A DNA stretch of 64,000 nucleotides from Octopus sinensis (GCF_006345805.1 NC_043005.1:54994001-55058000); one strand, 5' to 3'; positions 23,022-37,167 are shown, numbered from the stretch's first letter. Made by a program: numbers and translations. Notes: generated by a model not told the origin, from the sequence alone.

Positions 23022-26000
23022 AAAATAATATTTCTTTGTCAGAGGAGGAAGGGAAGTGCTTGTGGCATTATTTTGCAGGGCCTCCTGGACTAACTGGGGA
23101 AAAAGGAAGAAGAAAACACAACTCCTGAGTTATTGCAGTTGGAAGCCTCAAGCCTAGGATATCAAGTATTCTTCAAACCAGACACCTGTCTGTAACAGAG
23201 TGGACACCTAAGGGCTAGGTGGTGGCCATGTTAACCTCAGCAAGAGATGAAGTCTGTCAAGCAATAAAACAAGTGCTGTCAATGTGATGGACTGACTTCT
23301 ACACAGTTTTTGACTACTAAGTTTTGCTTATATGATTTGGGTTGACCTGAAGACAGAAAAAGATACACACCTAATGTGTTGTGCAGTGGGAGTAAACTTG
23401 GAACCCCATGATTCTGAAGAGGATTTTTCTTTACCACATACTTAATACGAGGCCTTGAAAGTTGATTATTGTCATCACTGAAATTTCTCTCTCTTTTAAG
23501 AGACTCCTCATCTTAGTTGTTTCATTTATTTAAGCATTAGGGCTAATTTTCTGCTACAATATCTTTTGCAAACCATGTATCTGATATTAAGCACAGTTAA
23601 GAAAGTTGGTTCTATTTCAGAACAAAATCAATTGTTTTTCTATCTACCTCTCTAGAATGGTCGACCACTGTAGTGCAAATAAAAGTTCATTTGTTTAATT
23701 GACAAGCTTGTCACTATCGTTAGGCTTTAGTTCTTCACAAGTTGTGTTTATCCTATATTTTCTATTCAGGCTAAAATCACATTCATTTCCATATAAAACT
23801 ATTTATAGCATACAAAACTATCAGGCTGTTATTTCTAGCAGCCAAATTTCCCTTCACATCACATTTAGAAAAGCAGCTAAAGTAAAACTAAGAAAGGAAA
23901 GATGATCATGGTTTGAAGGTCCTTGATTGTAGGTCTACTCAGTTAAAGCTGAATTCATCTAGTTTTTTTTTCTTATTACTTAGACTTCTATCTGTATCAT
24001 TTATCAAATTCAAATACTACATTAAGTAAATGAAGGGTGTGTCAAATACAGAGAGAAAACACTATTTGGTTGAAATGTCATTATTATTTGTGTTCTAAGA
24101 AGAAAGAATTTATTTGTGTCTTTAGGAATAATGAAAGCCGTTTACACCAGAGATATGATTTTTATTCAATCATAGACATATAGCTATGTTTTAAACCATT
24201 TATAATATAGTATAGAATTGGGGATGGCAAATGTCCTTAATGAAATAAACAAACTTCACTGATAAAAGCTTCATCTAATTGCTATAGCACCAAAACAATA
24301 AGTATACCAGGTAATTTAAAGAATTACCTCTGTTGATGAAATTGTTATTAATTAAGCCAAAAAAGATCCTCTATGCAGTTGCTTGACATGTTAGAAATAA
24401 TAACCAACTCGTACTCAATTTTTTTTTTTTTACATGTCTGTCATCTTGCAAACAAAGGGACACATCTGATAATACAATGCTTGATATACAAAGAGATATT
24501 ATTGCTCTGGTTGGAACAACTTGATCAAGGTTCACTTATGGAGGTTCAACGATAACAAGAACAATTACTAATCAGTGAACCATGCATTTTATTTGCTTGC
24601 TTTGGACACTGCTCATATTCTTTGTTTATGGCTTGCTTGATCCAGAACTTGGTTGTACAACAAATTGGTCTGTAATTTGTATTGTTAACTGCCTTAAAAT
24701 TGCCATCTTTTGAATTTTGTCCTTATCACATCACAGCTTCAGAGCTGTGTAATGCTATATACAATGAGAGAGTATGATATGCTGTTAAAATAGAAGATAA
24801 CTATAAAGCCATCCTAATAACAGACTAGATTATATTGAAATCAACACAATTATTGTTATCTTAAGCATTAGCCTTAATTTTCAAGCAAAATGTGGGACAT
24901 GCCGTATAGTCTCTGCATAATTTTTTTTATGGTGGTTACATCTCACCTAAATGGCCAATTCAGTTTGCAGTGCAGTGATACTGCTATATTTCTACTTTGA
25001 TTTGTACAAATATCGAAAATCATACAATTTTTATACTTTGGTATAATTGTTTATCATCCTATCATAGATATCATATTTGATCTCAATGGTGCGTGTATTT
25101 TAGTGCTGAGTGAATGCCAGAGCAACCTGCTTTTTAATGAAATATGATGGGAAATAAAGCTTCAGTGGCCAACTGACTCAACGCTGTTAGCATTTAAGCC
25201 AAAGAATTTTGAGTTTATCCCAGTCACTGTACTGTGAAGCCAGGCAAATCTTACCTATTTGAGTAACCATCACACCAATGAACACAAGGAAATGACATAA
25301 GGATAAAGTGCTGAATTAATTGAAAACTGATAAATGTTTGGAGGTTTTCAATGAAAAGATTCTGACAACAGAAATTTTGAAACCTAGGAAATCTAAAGGA
25401 AATGTTTTGTACAAACATAATTTGAAAAATTTAGTGTTGTTCTCAGTTAGTGTATGAAGTTATTTGTCAATTTGTTCTACTTTCAGTGGAGTTTATGGTG
25501 GGTGGGTAGATATATTGCTCAGTTTTCATTAAGATGACTAAAGTATAAAAATTGCTTTTCCATGAATGAATGAATTTATCTTACTTTGGCTGACAGATAT
25601 TTGTGATAACATATGAAGTAATCATTGTTGTGGTCCATACAGCCCCGGTCTCATGTGACCATCCCTTCTGAAAACTGCTCATATTAACATGCCCATGTTT
25701 AATTTGAAATTCCATTACTACATGTCTGATAACATAAAACATTTTCACATTATTTTTAAGAGCTTTTGAAATTGTTTTCTAACTCTAGCTTAAGTAAGAA
25801 TACATTAAAAAAAAAAAATAGTTAGCATTCCAAATTCTTGACTATTAAAATACAGGCAGCCAATTCATGATTATAGAAGGACTAATGTACATGTCTTTCA
25901 TATATTATAATTATCCCAGGTTTAAGAGTGCACTGTATGGTTATAGTCTCACTGCAGATTGTATCTCTGATATAGTTTCCTGATTGGAAGTTCGCTGTAG

Positions 26001-26493
26001 TAATGTCTCTAGGAAAGGGTTGAGCAACAAAACTCCCATTTCTCCGCTCCTTATTTCTAAAGCTTCATACTTCATTAAAAAAAACAACAAGAAAACAAGA
26101 CAAACAAAAAAAGTTAGGGTTTATGACAAAAGCAAAAATTAAAAAGAACATTTTTAGAACACATTAAGTCATCAGCTGATATTGGTTGCTGGCAGTAGTA
26201 CTTTAGATCAAAGTGCCTAAGAATTCCAGTCTCAATTATTATCTTAAGATGGCATGTTTGTAGTCCATAGTATCATTAGAAATAAACGACAAAAAAAAAA
26301 AAAAAAAGCAAACTATGTTAATTAAAGATATTAACATTGGAATTCAGTTTGCTTTGAATTTTATGTTTTATATTTTATAATTATTTTCTATGACTATTTG
26401 CATGTTTGGAAATGAAGTCTTTATTATTTCGTAGAAAATAAACCTATAATAATTAGTTTAATTAATTAAGTCCTTACTTATGTTTATAATATA

Positions 26494-26539
<46 letters not shown>

Positions 26540-27336
26540 ATGTACATATGTTTGTACATATGTATGTCTATTTATTTATTTATTTATGTATGTAATGCTT
26601 GATATTCTTTTTTCTGCTGTTTACATTTTCTCTATGACAACAGACTTCTTTACATTCACAGATCATTTTTGTTCCTACTGAAACAGTAAATAATTGCCTA
26701 ATTACAAAATTGAGATAGTGATAAATGTCATTCAGGTAATTATTTTCTCAGCAACCTCCAAGGGAGACAGTTGCACAGATGCAACATTCTTCAGTATGAT
26801 AATGTAATTTATTTAAACATAATAGATGAATATTATTCATATCTTTGGCACACTTTATTAATGTATATACACACACACACACACACTTTATTAATGTATA
26901 TACGCACGTCTTTCGGCACACATTATTAATGTGCATACATGAATAACAAGTGTGTCAGCAGCGTTCAACTGTATGTAGAAGTCTATCCAGTAAACACTGA
27001 ATAACCTTTTACCTGAGAATAGGCTGAGAAAATATATCACATTGCAAATTCACAAATATTTCAGCAAAATGATTAATCTTGAACTGATGTTTTGAATTTT
27101 CATTCCAAGACGTTCTTTCATGTCAATTGGTCAACTGCACTAAACTTTCACTTTGCTCACCATAATATTTAGGCATATGGTTCTGTTTGATTTCTTCTAT
27201 TCACTGATAGGAACTGCTGTCATTCAATTTCCAAAACTAATAATATTCATTTAACTTATTCAGCTATTTCTTGTACTGAGATGGTGTGTTTAGTTCAACA
27301 TTAAAACTGAAAATACCTTTTGGTTTTTTACTAATT

Positions 27337-27359
27337 TTATTATTATTATTATTATTATC

Positions 27360-27393
<34 letters not shown>

Positions 27394-27398
27394 GATTA
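27337..27398. repeat. (ATT)n microsatellite
   Basis: Read directly. Confidence 0.95.
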
Positions 27399-28531
27399 TT
27401 TGAAGTCTTTATGTTTCCTTATTCCAGTTTTTATTTCCTTTACTTGCTTTTTGAATTAGGTTGAGAAAGACACAGAAATAAACTTTTATATTCTCATCCA
27501 CACTGACTAAATACAACTGCATACATAGTCACATGTGTCTCTACACAGAGAGTTTATACACAGCAACTTGTGTCTATATGTTTATACATGCATTCATGCA
27601 CATTATTGTCCCTCAGGGCCAAGTAAGATTATCCATTCATGTGCACCATTTCTTCTACTTTAAAAGAAATTATGTGGAGACATCTATAAATGTGCACATT
27701 TACCCAACACTCTCTCTCTCTCTCTCCTTTTCTCCCTCTTTCACTCCTTCCCCCTCATATTCTCTTTCCTGTCTCTTTCTCTTTCAATACAGTTATCTCT
27801 TAAAAGTTACTACCATATTTTCAAGAGTTAATTTTAAGTCTTTAATTTTGTTAAAGATTGTTATTTATGTAATGGTTATTTATTCTTTGCTGAGAATATT
27901 ACTGATTTAAAATGTATGTGTGAATAGGTCTTATATGAGATTATTTTTTATTGAGAAAATTACCTGTAATTTATCTTAAATTTCATTTATTCATTGAACT
28001 CGTATTACAAGAAATCTCATTGAATTTTCTTTGAAAAGTCTGTATTCTTTTAGTGCAAATTATCTTTAACAAAAGCAGTTGTCATTTTTCAACAATCAGC
28101 CAGGTTAACGCCAGTAATTTTTTTATTTAATCATTATTTCTTTTTTTACAGCTGTCAGTTTTCATAACAATTTGCTTTAAGCAAAATTTATTTTTAGTTG
28201 CAAACCATTAACCATTACTCTTTTCATAATAATAAATATAATAATTGTAAAACAACCATCATCATCATCATTATCACCACCACCTCCACCACCACCATGA
28301 ACCAGAACACATCATCAATTTTCATATTAAGTGATGCAACGGCAGAGCTTCCTTCCTGCCCTACCCTAAGATATTAGAATGCTCTTCTTGTTGATTTTCA
28401 GCTATCTAACTTGACTGATATATTTGAACATCACACAACACCTATCATTATGTGATTTGTAATCTTTTACCCCAAGAGTCAATTGCATCAGTCATAATTA
28501 TTTCATGTATATTACACACTAATATAGGCAC

Positions 28532-28640
28532 AGGTATGGCTTTGTGGTAAGAAGTTAGCTTCTCAACAAAATGGTCTTGGAATTTGTGAGTAGATTTGGT
28601 TGGCGGAATCTGAAAGAAGCCCATTGTGTGTGTATGTATG
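28532..28640 (+). mobile_element. SINE family 1, internally deleted head module
   Basis: ggtatggctttgtggtaagaagttagcttctcaac...gtgagtagatttggttggcggaatctgaaagaagccc. Confidence 0.75.
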
Positions 28641-30000
28641 TGTGTGTGTATGTGTGTGCACATAACTCCTTGAAGAAGGTGCTTCTTTTCCATTTACCGA
28701 AGTGAATGGATCTTTGGCCAGAAGAAACTGATGTCGTCAGATGGTATCCAATGATTATCAGGTGTTTTGATCCTGGACTGCAACACCCTCCTGGTGGTAG
28801 GTCAATAGAGATGGCCAAACTCCTGGCTTCCACTTTAACTCCTGTGCACAGATATGTATTACATATGTAAGAACTGAATTGTATAGTATGTTCTTTATTG
28901 TGTTTTGTTATGCATGTGAACAAGTGTTTGGCAAGAAACCAGTCTGTGATGCTGTGAAGTTTAAGAGACTGCTACTATAAGCAATTTAACTATGTTAAAT
29001 GATGTTATGCAGAGAAAATTATCTCTTTAATACATTTAACTGAATGTGTTATTCAAAGTCTCAGAATGGAAATATCTCTAATAACTAGCGGAGCCTTAAA
29101 ATACCAAACTTATCTTCTCAATTCATGGTGCAGGAAATAAATACTTCATAATTTTCAAACATATATTTGATAAATATATCTTCACAAAGAGATGTTGTAC
29201 AGGTGTTTGGGAGGCTGTCAAGAATTAAATTCCATCAGTTGATATGGGATTTTTAAAGTTTCTTTCATTTAAGTTTGACTATTCCTTAGAAAGCTGTTTA
29301 TTTGTAGAATGTCGAAGCAAGGCTGTCAGTTTGAAAAATAACATTCTGATCAAGAACAAAGCAAACTATCATAAGGAAATTAGTTTGTCGGAGAGGACAG
29401 CACAGTGTTTGCAAAATGAAGTAACTGCAAAAATTATCTTTGTAACATTGAAACACTGTCGAAGAAAAATCTGCTTATCGGCTGTGTAGAAGTAAATGTT
29501 TCCATTGCAATTTCCTGAGGAAGGGATCAACTCTTAATTGAAGTTGTGATAAGTTTATTCCATGAATAGGTTTTTGAAAATAATTTTGGTTTTTACTTAA
29601 AATTTTTTTAGAAAGACTGACAGATTCCCTTTTAATATCAAAGATCTGTCAATCATAGATAGCTTAAATTTTCTTCATTGAAGATACACTCTATTACAGC
29701 TCTTAAATTCAGTTGAAACTGTTTGTTATAGGTTTTCATAAAAAAATAAATTTATTGAATTATAATGAAGAATTAAGGTGTTGAAAATAATTGTTAAAAT
29801 AAGAATAGAAATTGGAAGAACTATTTATATCGAGTTTTAAAATAAATTCCCAACCTGGAAGAATTATTATATAGGTTTTGTCTAAGCCATGCAAGCATGG
29901 CAAACAGATGCTGAATAATATTGATGATGGTATTTCGTTCATGCTACTAAAGCTGTGTATATTGAAATATAAATGCTAAATGTTTATGTAGAGTCCCTTT

Positions 30001-30223
30001 TTAACCCCCTATCAAGCAGATTACTCTGTCAAATGTATTATTTATATAATCACATTGTTTTGGATTAATCATGTATTATCTCAGAGCTTCAAGATGTTGA
30101 TAGATAGTGTGAATGTTTAATTTTACAATGACATTATAGGGTAAGTTTGAGAAGTCAGATCTGGTTATTTTGAATGTAAAACAGATACAATATTTGGACT
30201 GAAAATTAACCCTAAAGGGTTAA
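30001..30223 (+). mobile_element. piggyBac-type MITE
   Basis: ttaacccc...gattactctgtcaaatgta...taaagggttaa. Confidence 0.75.
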
Positions 30224-32704
30224 TTTTATATCATGGGTGCAAGGTATTTTGTAGTCCTTTAGAAGTGTTGGATTTCACATTTTAAGCAATATACTACATG
30301 GAAAATATACTGCAAATAATATTTAAACGACTGTTTTTTACTGAAGTCTTACAATTCTCATTTTCATTTCAGTTAAATGAAATTGCTTGTAAAAACTATT
30401 TGTAATACTTAAAAAAAAAACAAAAAGAGTATTCTATGGATATCAAGAGAATATTGCAAATTGATACTAGCATTTCATAAGGTTGTATTTTGCAGACGTA
30501 TTGTTATTCTCATTTAATTCTTATATATTAAATGGAATGTGCAGATGTTCTTAATAGAGAACATAAATAGCTATTAGATGTAGTTTTATTCTCATTAGTA
30601 TTTACTTTTTTTTATTCTAATGTTACTTTCATGCATACTTCCATTAACTATACTAGCAGAAAGACTGCCCTCTGGGCAGTTTTCTGCTCTCCACTTGATG
30701 ATATTTTCACATTTGATTCCCAATTCTAATGATTCTTATGATATTTTACATCTAATTATTTCTCTGTATTATAGTGCCCACTTGCTTTTATTATTTTAAA
30801 TATTGCTTTCATTATTTTATCACAATCATAATTTCTCTCTTTTAAGCAAACATCAAGGTAGTCCAACTACATGAGCGTGTAGCAGTTTGTCAAGTTTTAC
30901 CTTCCCCTCAAAGAAACATAGAGATTTCAGTTCAGCAGCACATCTGTAAGCTTTGCAGTGTGTATGTGTGTGAAAGAGAGAGAGGGTGGGGAGAGAGAAC
31001 ATTGCAAGCAATGAATGAAACAAACAAGGGCATAAATACAGATGTTTAGCCCACCCAACTTTGTTGCCTCATAATTTCCAGAAAAATGGATAGTTCTTAA
31101 CGAAATTTTCTACAAATACTGCTTAGATGATATGGATTCAGAGTATGTAGGGGTTCATAGGAAAGAATTTTTCCAAGGGGGTGGAGAGAGGAGTTTCTGA
31201 AAATTCACATGATCCAAATTTTTCCCTCATAACTTGCAGGAAAATGGCTTTCTGTTTATGAAAGTTTATACAAATACCTTTTAAACTGCACAGATTATGA
31301 TTATAAAGAAATTTATGGGGAGAGGTGTTTCGGTAAAATGAAGTTTTGGATCAAGAAGATCAAATAAATTAGAATTACTCTGTTTTGGCAGGGATTTCCC
31401 TCCATTTTTTTTAAACCACAGTCTTTGAAATGATGGAAGTGGGGTGCATCTTTGAATGAAAAAAGTTTGGAAAATTTTTTTACAACCACATCTCCTCCCA
31501 CCCTCATCATCACACTCTAGACCTATTTGGCCAATTTTTCTGCACTTTCAGTAAAAAATTTTTTTTAGTTGTTAATATTTTCAGAGGGAAAAGTGAGTGA
31601 TTTAAGGGAGATTTGGCTGTTGTTTCTAGCACATCCCAAGACAACCCTCCTCATTTCTTTATCACTCTCTTATGCATTGATGTTTTTAAATATTTTTCTC
31701 CCCATAAATACATTTATATGCTAATAAAATTTGAAAAATTACAATTTTTTTGCAACCCCACTCCCTGCACCCTATTGTTTCTGTTTACAATTCAAAATGT
31801 TGGAGAGCCTGAGAAGGTCATTGCTGTGATTTTTAAAAAATGAGTTATGTAAACAATAATTCATTTTAATAGCATACTTTTCTGTTAGAAAATGTTTTTT
31901 CTTACACACACTCATGGCTTCACTTGAATGAGATGGGGGTAAAAATTTAGATTACAATTTTTTTTTTTGTTGCTTATATTCTATCAATGGACCTTGTGTG
32001 TGATACTTTGGCATCATCATTCCATAAAATGTGTTTAACGGGACAAAAATATTGGAAAAGCATCAATACATGTGAGTGAAAACAGAGGGTGGTTTAGGTT
32101 GTGCTAGAAACAACTGCTGAACCTTCCTTGAATTATTCACCTTGTCCTCCAAAAATATTTGCAATTTTTTTTTTTTTTACTAAAAAGTCTCCTCCCATGG
32201 TTTTTAAGTTAAAAACAAAAAATTGGCCAGAGGAAGCAGGGGGGGGGGATTTTCAAAACTTCTTTCTTCATAAAATTATGTCTCCCCATCACTTTGACTT
32301 TGCATGTGGGACCCAGTTGGAATTCTCTTCAGGTCAAGTAGCTCATCCCACTCAAAAGGTCCCCAAATAAAGTTTGTTTAAGTATGATGAACAAAACACA
32401 CGTTTCCAGAGGTGAATTATTCAAACCCCCAAAAGTTCCTCTTGACACTTAGCTTTTATGCTCTCCCACTACTCCTGCTCGTGATCATAGGTGCACATAT
32501 CATCAGCCATTAAAGAACATGCTCAACTGGTTATGGTCAAGGTCGAGCAACTGACAAGCAAATCTGTGGTATTGAGCAGAATATTTGCTATAGCCCATCT
32601 TTTATACCAAGACAAAACAATGTACATGATAAGACTTTCAATCGCTTAAGATCAGAAGCCCTGAGAGCCACTGTCTGGTACTGCATCAGAACATTTATTA
32701 TAAT

Positions 32705-33538
32705 TAGCATTCCAGACAAAATGCTTAGCAGCATTTTGTCTGTATTTACTTTCTGAGTTCAAATTCTGCTGAGGCCAGTGTTGCCTTTCATCCTTTCGGG
32801 GTCGATAAATTAAGTACCAGTTGAGCCCTGGGGCTAATGTAATCGACTTATACCCTCGCCCAAAACGTCAGGCTTTGTGCCTATAATAAAAAGGTTTGTT
32901 ATTATTGTTGTTGTTGTTGTTGTTATCAGTAAAGTGGTGAGCAGCCAGAATTATTAGCACATGGGGGCAAAATGCTTATTGGCATATCTTCCATCCTTAC
33001 ATTCTGAGTTCAAATTCCACTTAGGCTGATTTTGCATTTCATCCTTTTGGGGTCAATAAAGTTCCAGTCGTGTACTGGGGTCGATGTTATCAACTTACCC
33101 CCTCCCCACAAATTCCAGGCCTTGTGACTATAGTAGAAAGGATTATTATTATTATTATTATTATTATTCAAATTCTGCTGAGGTCAACTTTGCTTTCATC
33201 TTTTCCGGGTCGATAAATTAAGTACCAGTTGCATCCTGGGGTCGATCTAATCAACTGGCCCCCTCCCCCCAAATTTCGGGCTTTGTGCCTAGAGTAGAAA
33301 AAATTATTATTATTATATTATTATTATTATTATATTAAGGTGATGAGCTGGCAGAATTAGCTAAAATGCTAAATGGCATCTCTTCGGATGGGTTCTTTAC
33401 ATTCTGAGTTCAAATACTGCTTAGATCAACTTTACTGATGGGGCCTGTGAAATAAGTACCAATCAAGCATGAATGTAGGGCTGTAATTGATTTACCTGCT
33501 TCCTTAAGACTGCTGGCTCTGTGCCAAAATTTGAAACC

Positions 33539-33569
<31 letters not shown>

Positions 33570-33806
33570 TATCATTATTATTATTATTATTATTATTATA
33601 TTAAGGTGATGAGCTGGCAGAATTAGCTAAAATGCTAAATGGCATCTCTTCGGATGGGTTCTTTACATTCTGAGTTCAAATACTGCTTAGATCAACTTTA
33701 CTGATGGGGCCTGTGAAATAAGTACCAATCAAGCATGAATGTAGGGCTGTAATTGATTTACCTGCTTCCTTAAGACTGCTGGCTCTGTGCCAAAATTTGA
33801 AACCAT
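32705..33806 (+). mobile_element. Head-to-tail array of five SINE family 3 copies separated by (ATT/GTT)n tails
   Basis: Copies at about 32705-32900, 32930-33150, 33165-33305 (5'-truncated), 33335-33540 and 33601-33806, each with gagttcaaat (or its tail) and aagtacca motifs. Confidence 0.9.
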
Positions 33807-33848
33807 TATTATTATTATTATTATTATATTATATTATTATTATTATTA

Positions 33849-33883
<35 letters not shown>

Positions 33884-33901
33884 ATATTATTATTATTATC
33901 A

Positions 33902-33932
<31 letters not shown>

Positions 33933-35907
33933 TGCATGAGGATTTCAATTGATTTGTCTTTAGAAGGATAACAATGACCAGCACGATCTGTTGTTTGAGA
34001 ATTTCACTTTGTAATTGTGGGGTCCCAGGTTTGATCCCTTGGGGGCAACTGTCTTTTGTCCTAGCTTCAGACGGAAGTTGTGGAAACCTATCAGATTGGT
34101 TGTGCTTGTGATTTAAAGGTTCACCTTTATCACACTTTGTCATGTTGATTCTGCTTGAGAAATATATTACGGGTATACGTGTGTGTATGTGTGTGATATT
34201 CAACCACTTTCGAGCTAATTCAATAAATCAGGTAGTTCAATTAATTGGACTACTAAATGCTCGTTACTGAAACTGACGGAGATCCATTGTTGTTACTATA
34301 ATCAAATTTAATCAGACAATATTTATTAAATAAGTATGAAATGAGTTTGTTAAAGTTTTAGCTATGGAGCTGTCAATTAAGGAACCAGTAATTAGATCTA
34401 TGATTGCAATGAATGGCTATAGAGTCAGCTTGCTTAAATGCGAACTCCAGTTCTATGTCCCTGGATGCAGTATCAAAAATAGGTTAGGTTTAATGTGGGC
34501 TGATGTGCTTTGGTGAAACAGAGAGAAGGGTGGGGGTGGGGAGAGAAAAGCTGCTGAACATTAGAATAACCAACTTGTTATTGATACAATGAAATTGAAC
34601 TTCATTTTAATTAATTTCTCTAAAATATTAGGAGACAAAAGGAAAATGAATATTAAAAATATAACAAACTTCTGATACCTTGGAAAACTGAAAAAAATGA
34701 GAAGGGCAATTTTAGATTATATTGGTGATAATCAATAAATCTATTGGTTTATATTCTGTGTGTGTGTGTGTGTTGACATGTACACGTTCTCTTTTTTTTT
34801 TTTTTTTTCTTTGGGTGTTATTTTTACAAACTGATTTCAAACTAAGAAACAAAGCTATATCATTGGGATGACTCTACAACAAAATAAGTGTAAAACTACA
34901 TGCTGATTTTGAGAATATCTTTGCTTTGCTTATTATCCCTGTTGTGCTAACAGAATGAATTGGAAACCTATTAGCTGGTCTCTTTGCCTGCAAAGCTCAG
35001 CTCTTCGATAATATTACTTTAGGCCAGCACGTTATCAGAATCCTTAGAGATGTGGATGAAGTACATTGTGATAATTCATTCACACCACACATCACTTTAT
35101 GTTATGTGATATAATGATTTAGAGTCTAAGAAAGGTTACACTTCTTAATGAAAATATTTTTGGTTTGCCATCAATTCATATTTCCTCTCTAGCACTGCAT
35201 TGTATGCAAAGCCAGGAACCGGTTTATCTCAATGAAAATAGGGCTCAAAGATTAAGAACATTTTCCTATAGTATCATGCAGCATCGGCTATATGATATTA
35301 ACAAGTTCTTCTTGCAGTGCTGAGTTCAACTCCTCTTGTGTCTGTGGTAAAAAAATTTGGTAATAGGCCTGATCTTCCATTGTCAGCAGTATCTTCTGTT
35401 TCCATAATTGGCTATCCACTATATAAGAGATGTTATGCACTCAGAACTGGCCAATGCTTTTTATCATTAGTAACTTTGGTAACTTGTTCTTGCATGGGCA
35501 GCATTCTCGTTAACTTTGACATTGCATCTAGCTTGAATCTCATTGGTGTGGGGATTGTGTTTTTTTTTTTTTTTTTGTAAAAGGTCCTCAAATATGGTAA
35601 AGCTCTCAAGCTTTATTTTTGTGATTCCAAAGAATGGACAAGTTTGGTCTTCTCAAAGTATGTCAATTCAAAATTAATCTTATTGGATGTAATGTGCTAT
35701 CAACTAAAGAAGTCTGCACTCTAGCAAAAATTGATGTTTTCTTATCTTCCTGGAAAATTAACTCTGAATATAAATCATAAAAGAAACAACACTTGAAGTG
35801 ATGAAAGGAGGAAGTAAGCGTGGCAGGGCGGGGTGAGGGTGGGAGGTTATTTGTCAAAAGTGTTGATGTTGATTTTTTTATTTTTTGGCCATTCTTTTAT
35901 TCTTTTA

Positions 35908-36095
35908 CTTGTTTCAGTCATTTGACTGCGACCATGCTGGAGCACCATCTTGAAGGGTTAGGACTTGTTTTTTAAAGCCTAGTACTTATTCTATTGTCAC
36001 TTTTGCCGAACTGATAAGTTACAGGGACATAAACACACCAACACCAGTTGCCAAGCTATGATAGGAGGATTTACATAGATTCAAAGGCACACACA

Positions 36096-36144
<49 letters not shown>

Positions 36145-36303
36145 TACATACATACATACATACCACAGGCTTCTTTCAGATTCTGTCTACCAAATCCACT
36201 TACAAGGCTTTGGTCAGTCGGGGGCTTTAGTGTCATGCATTGGGACTGAACCCAGAACCATGTGGTTAGGAAGCAAGCTTCTTACGACACAGCCACACCT
36301 GCA
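35908..36303 (-). mobile_element. SINE family 1, full bipartite copy
   Basis: cttgtttcagtcatttgactgcgaccatgctggagcacc...(CA)n...gggactgaacccagaacc...acacagccacacct. Confidence 0.9.
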
Positions 36304-37087
36304 CCTTTGATAAAGAAATCTAATTAAGATCAATTCCTTCAATTACAACACCTACAATACAATGATCTGGCAGTTGATGGACATGAAAGTAGTTTCAGTA
36401 GTGCGTCGGTGAAGTACAGACAATATAGTACTTTGTGTGTGCTACATTAACGAAGATTTATTTTACATTCACTGATAATACCTATATTTATGCAAATTCA
36501 GACATGTAAATATTCTCCTAGAATATGTAGATTCTGATTCTAAGAATAATCAGTGTCACACGTTGGATATATGAAGGTGTCATACTTGAGTATACGACAA
36601 GATGCATCCAATGGAATTTTAGCACTCCATCAATGAAACAGGCATCTTGTGCTGTTTGGAGTATATCTACTTGTTTTGAAATAATTAACAGCATAAAGCT
36701 GGTGCCTAAATATCTGTCTCTTCACATTTCGCTTGGAAAGATTAGTCGCTGTTTTATTTCTCATTTCACTGAAGGTCATTTTGTAACAATGAGTTTTTGC
36801 TGTGATATCATTTATCACTATTTATTTATTTATGTTTCCGTTGTGATTGTCTGTTTCACAAATATCATATTCTTCTGAAATCTGCACAATCACTCAAACC
36901 AATAGATATGGCAGCGCCAAATTTCTCTCTCGTTTTCATTAAAAAAAAAAAGAAAAATCTTTGGATTTGTACGCTGAGCCTGAAAAGAAAAAGAATAAGA
37001 AATCAAAAACAAATATGGAATGGAATAGTCATGGCAGGAATTCTTTTGCTAATAGGTCTGCCCATCCAGATGACCTGGTGTTAAAAC

Positions 37088-37088
37088 A

Positions 37089-37167
<79 letters not shown>

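Noticed and set aside
23079-23128. Collagen-like GPPGLTGEKGRR after a ttttgcag acceptor
   Set aside because: Only four Gly-X-Y triplets, then a stop with no donor; no other collagen exons found.
25640-25680. HETGAVWT resembling the PAQR HxETxNIWT motif
   Set aside because: Spacing differs and the flanking residues do not fit; too short to call.
29244-29489. ORF with KEISLSERTA resembling hAT transposase ISLSRRTV
   Set aside because: One short motif only.
32705-33806. Repeat-spacer-like array suggestive of CRISPR
   Set aside because: Units are ~200-bp SINEs with microsatellite tails in eukaryotic DNA; no cas genes.
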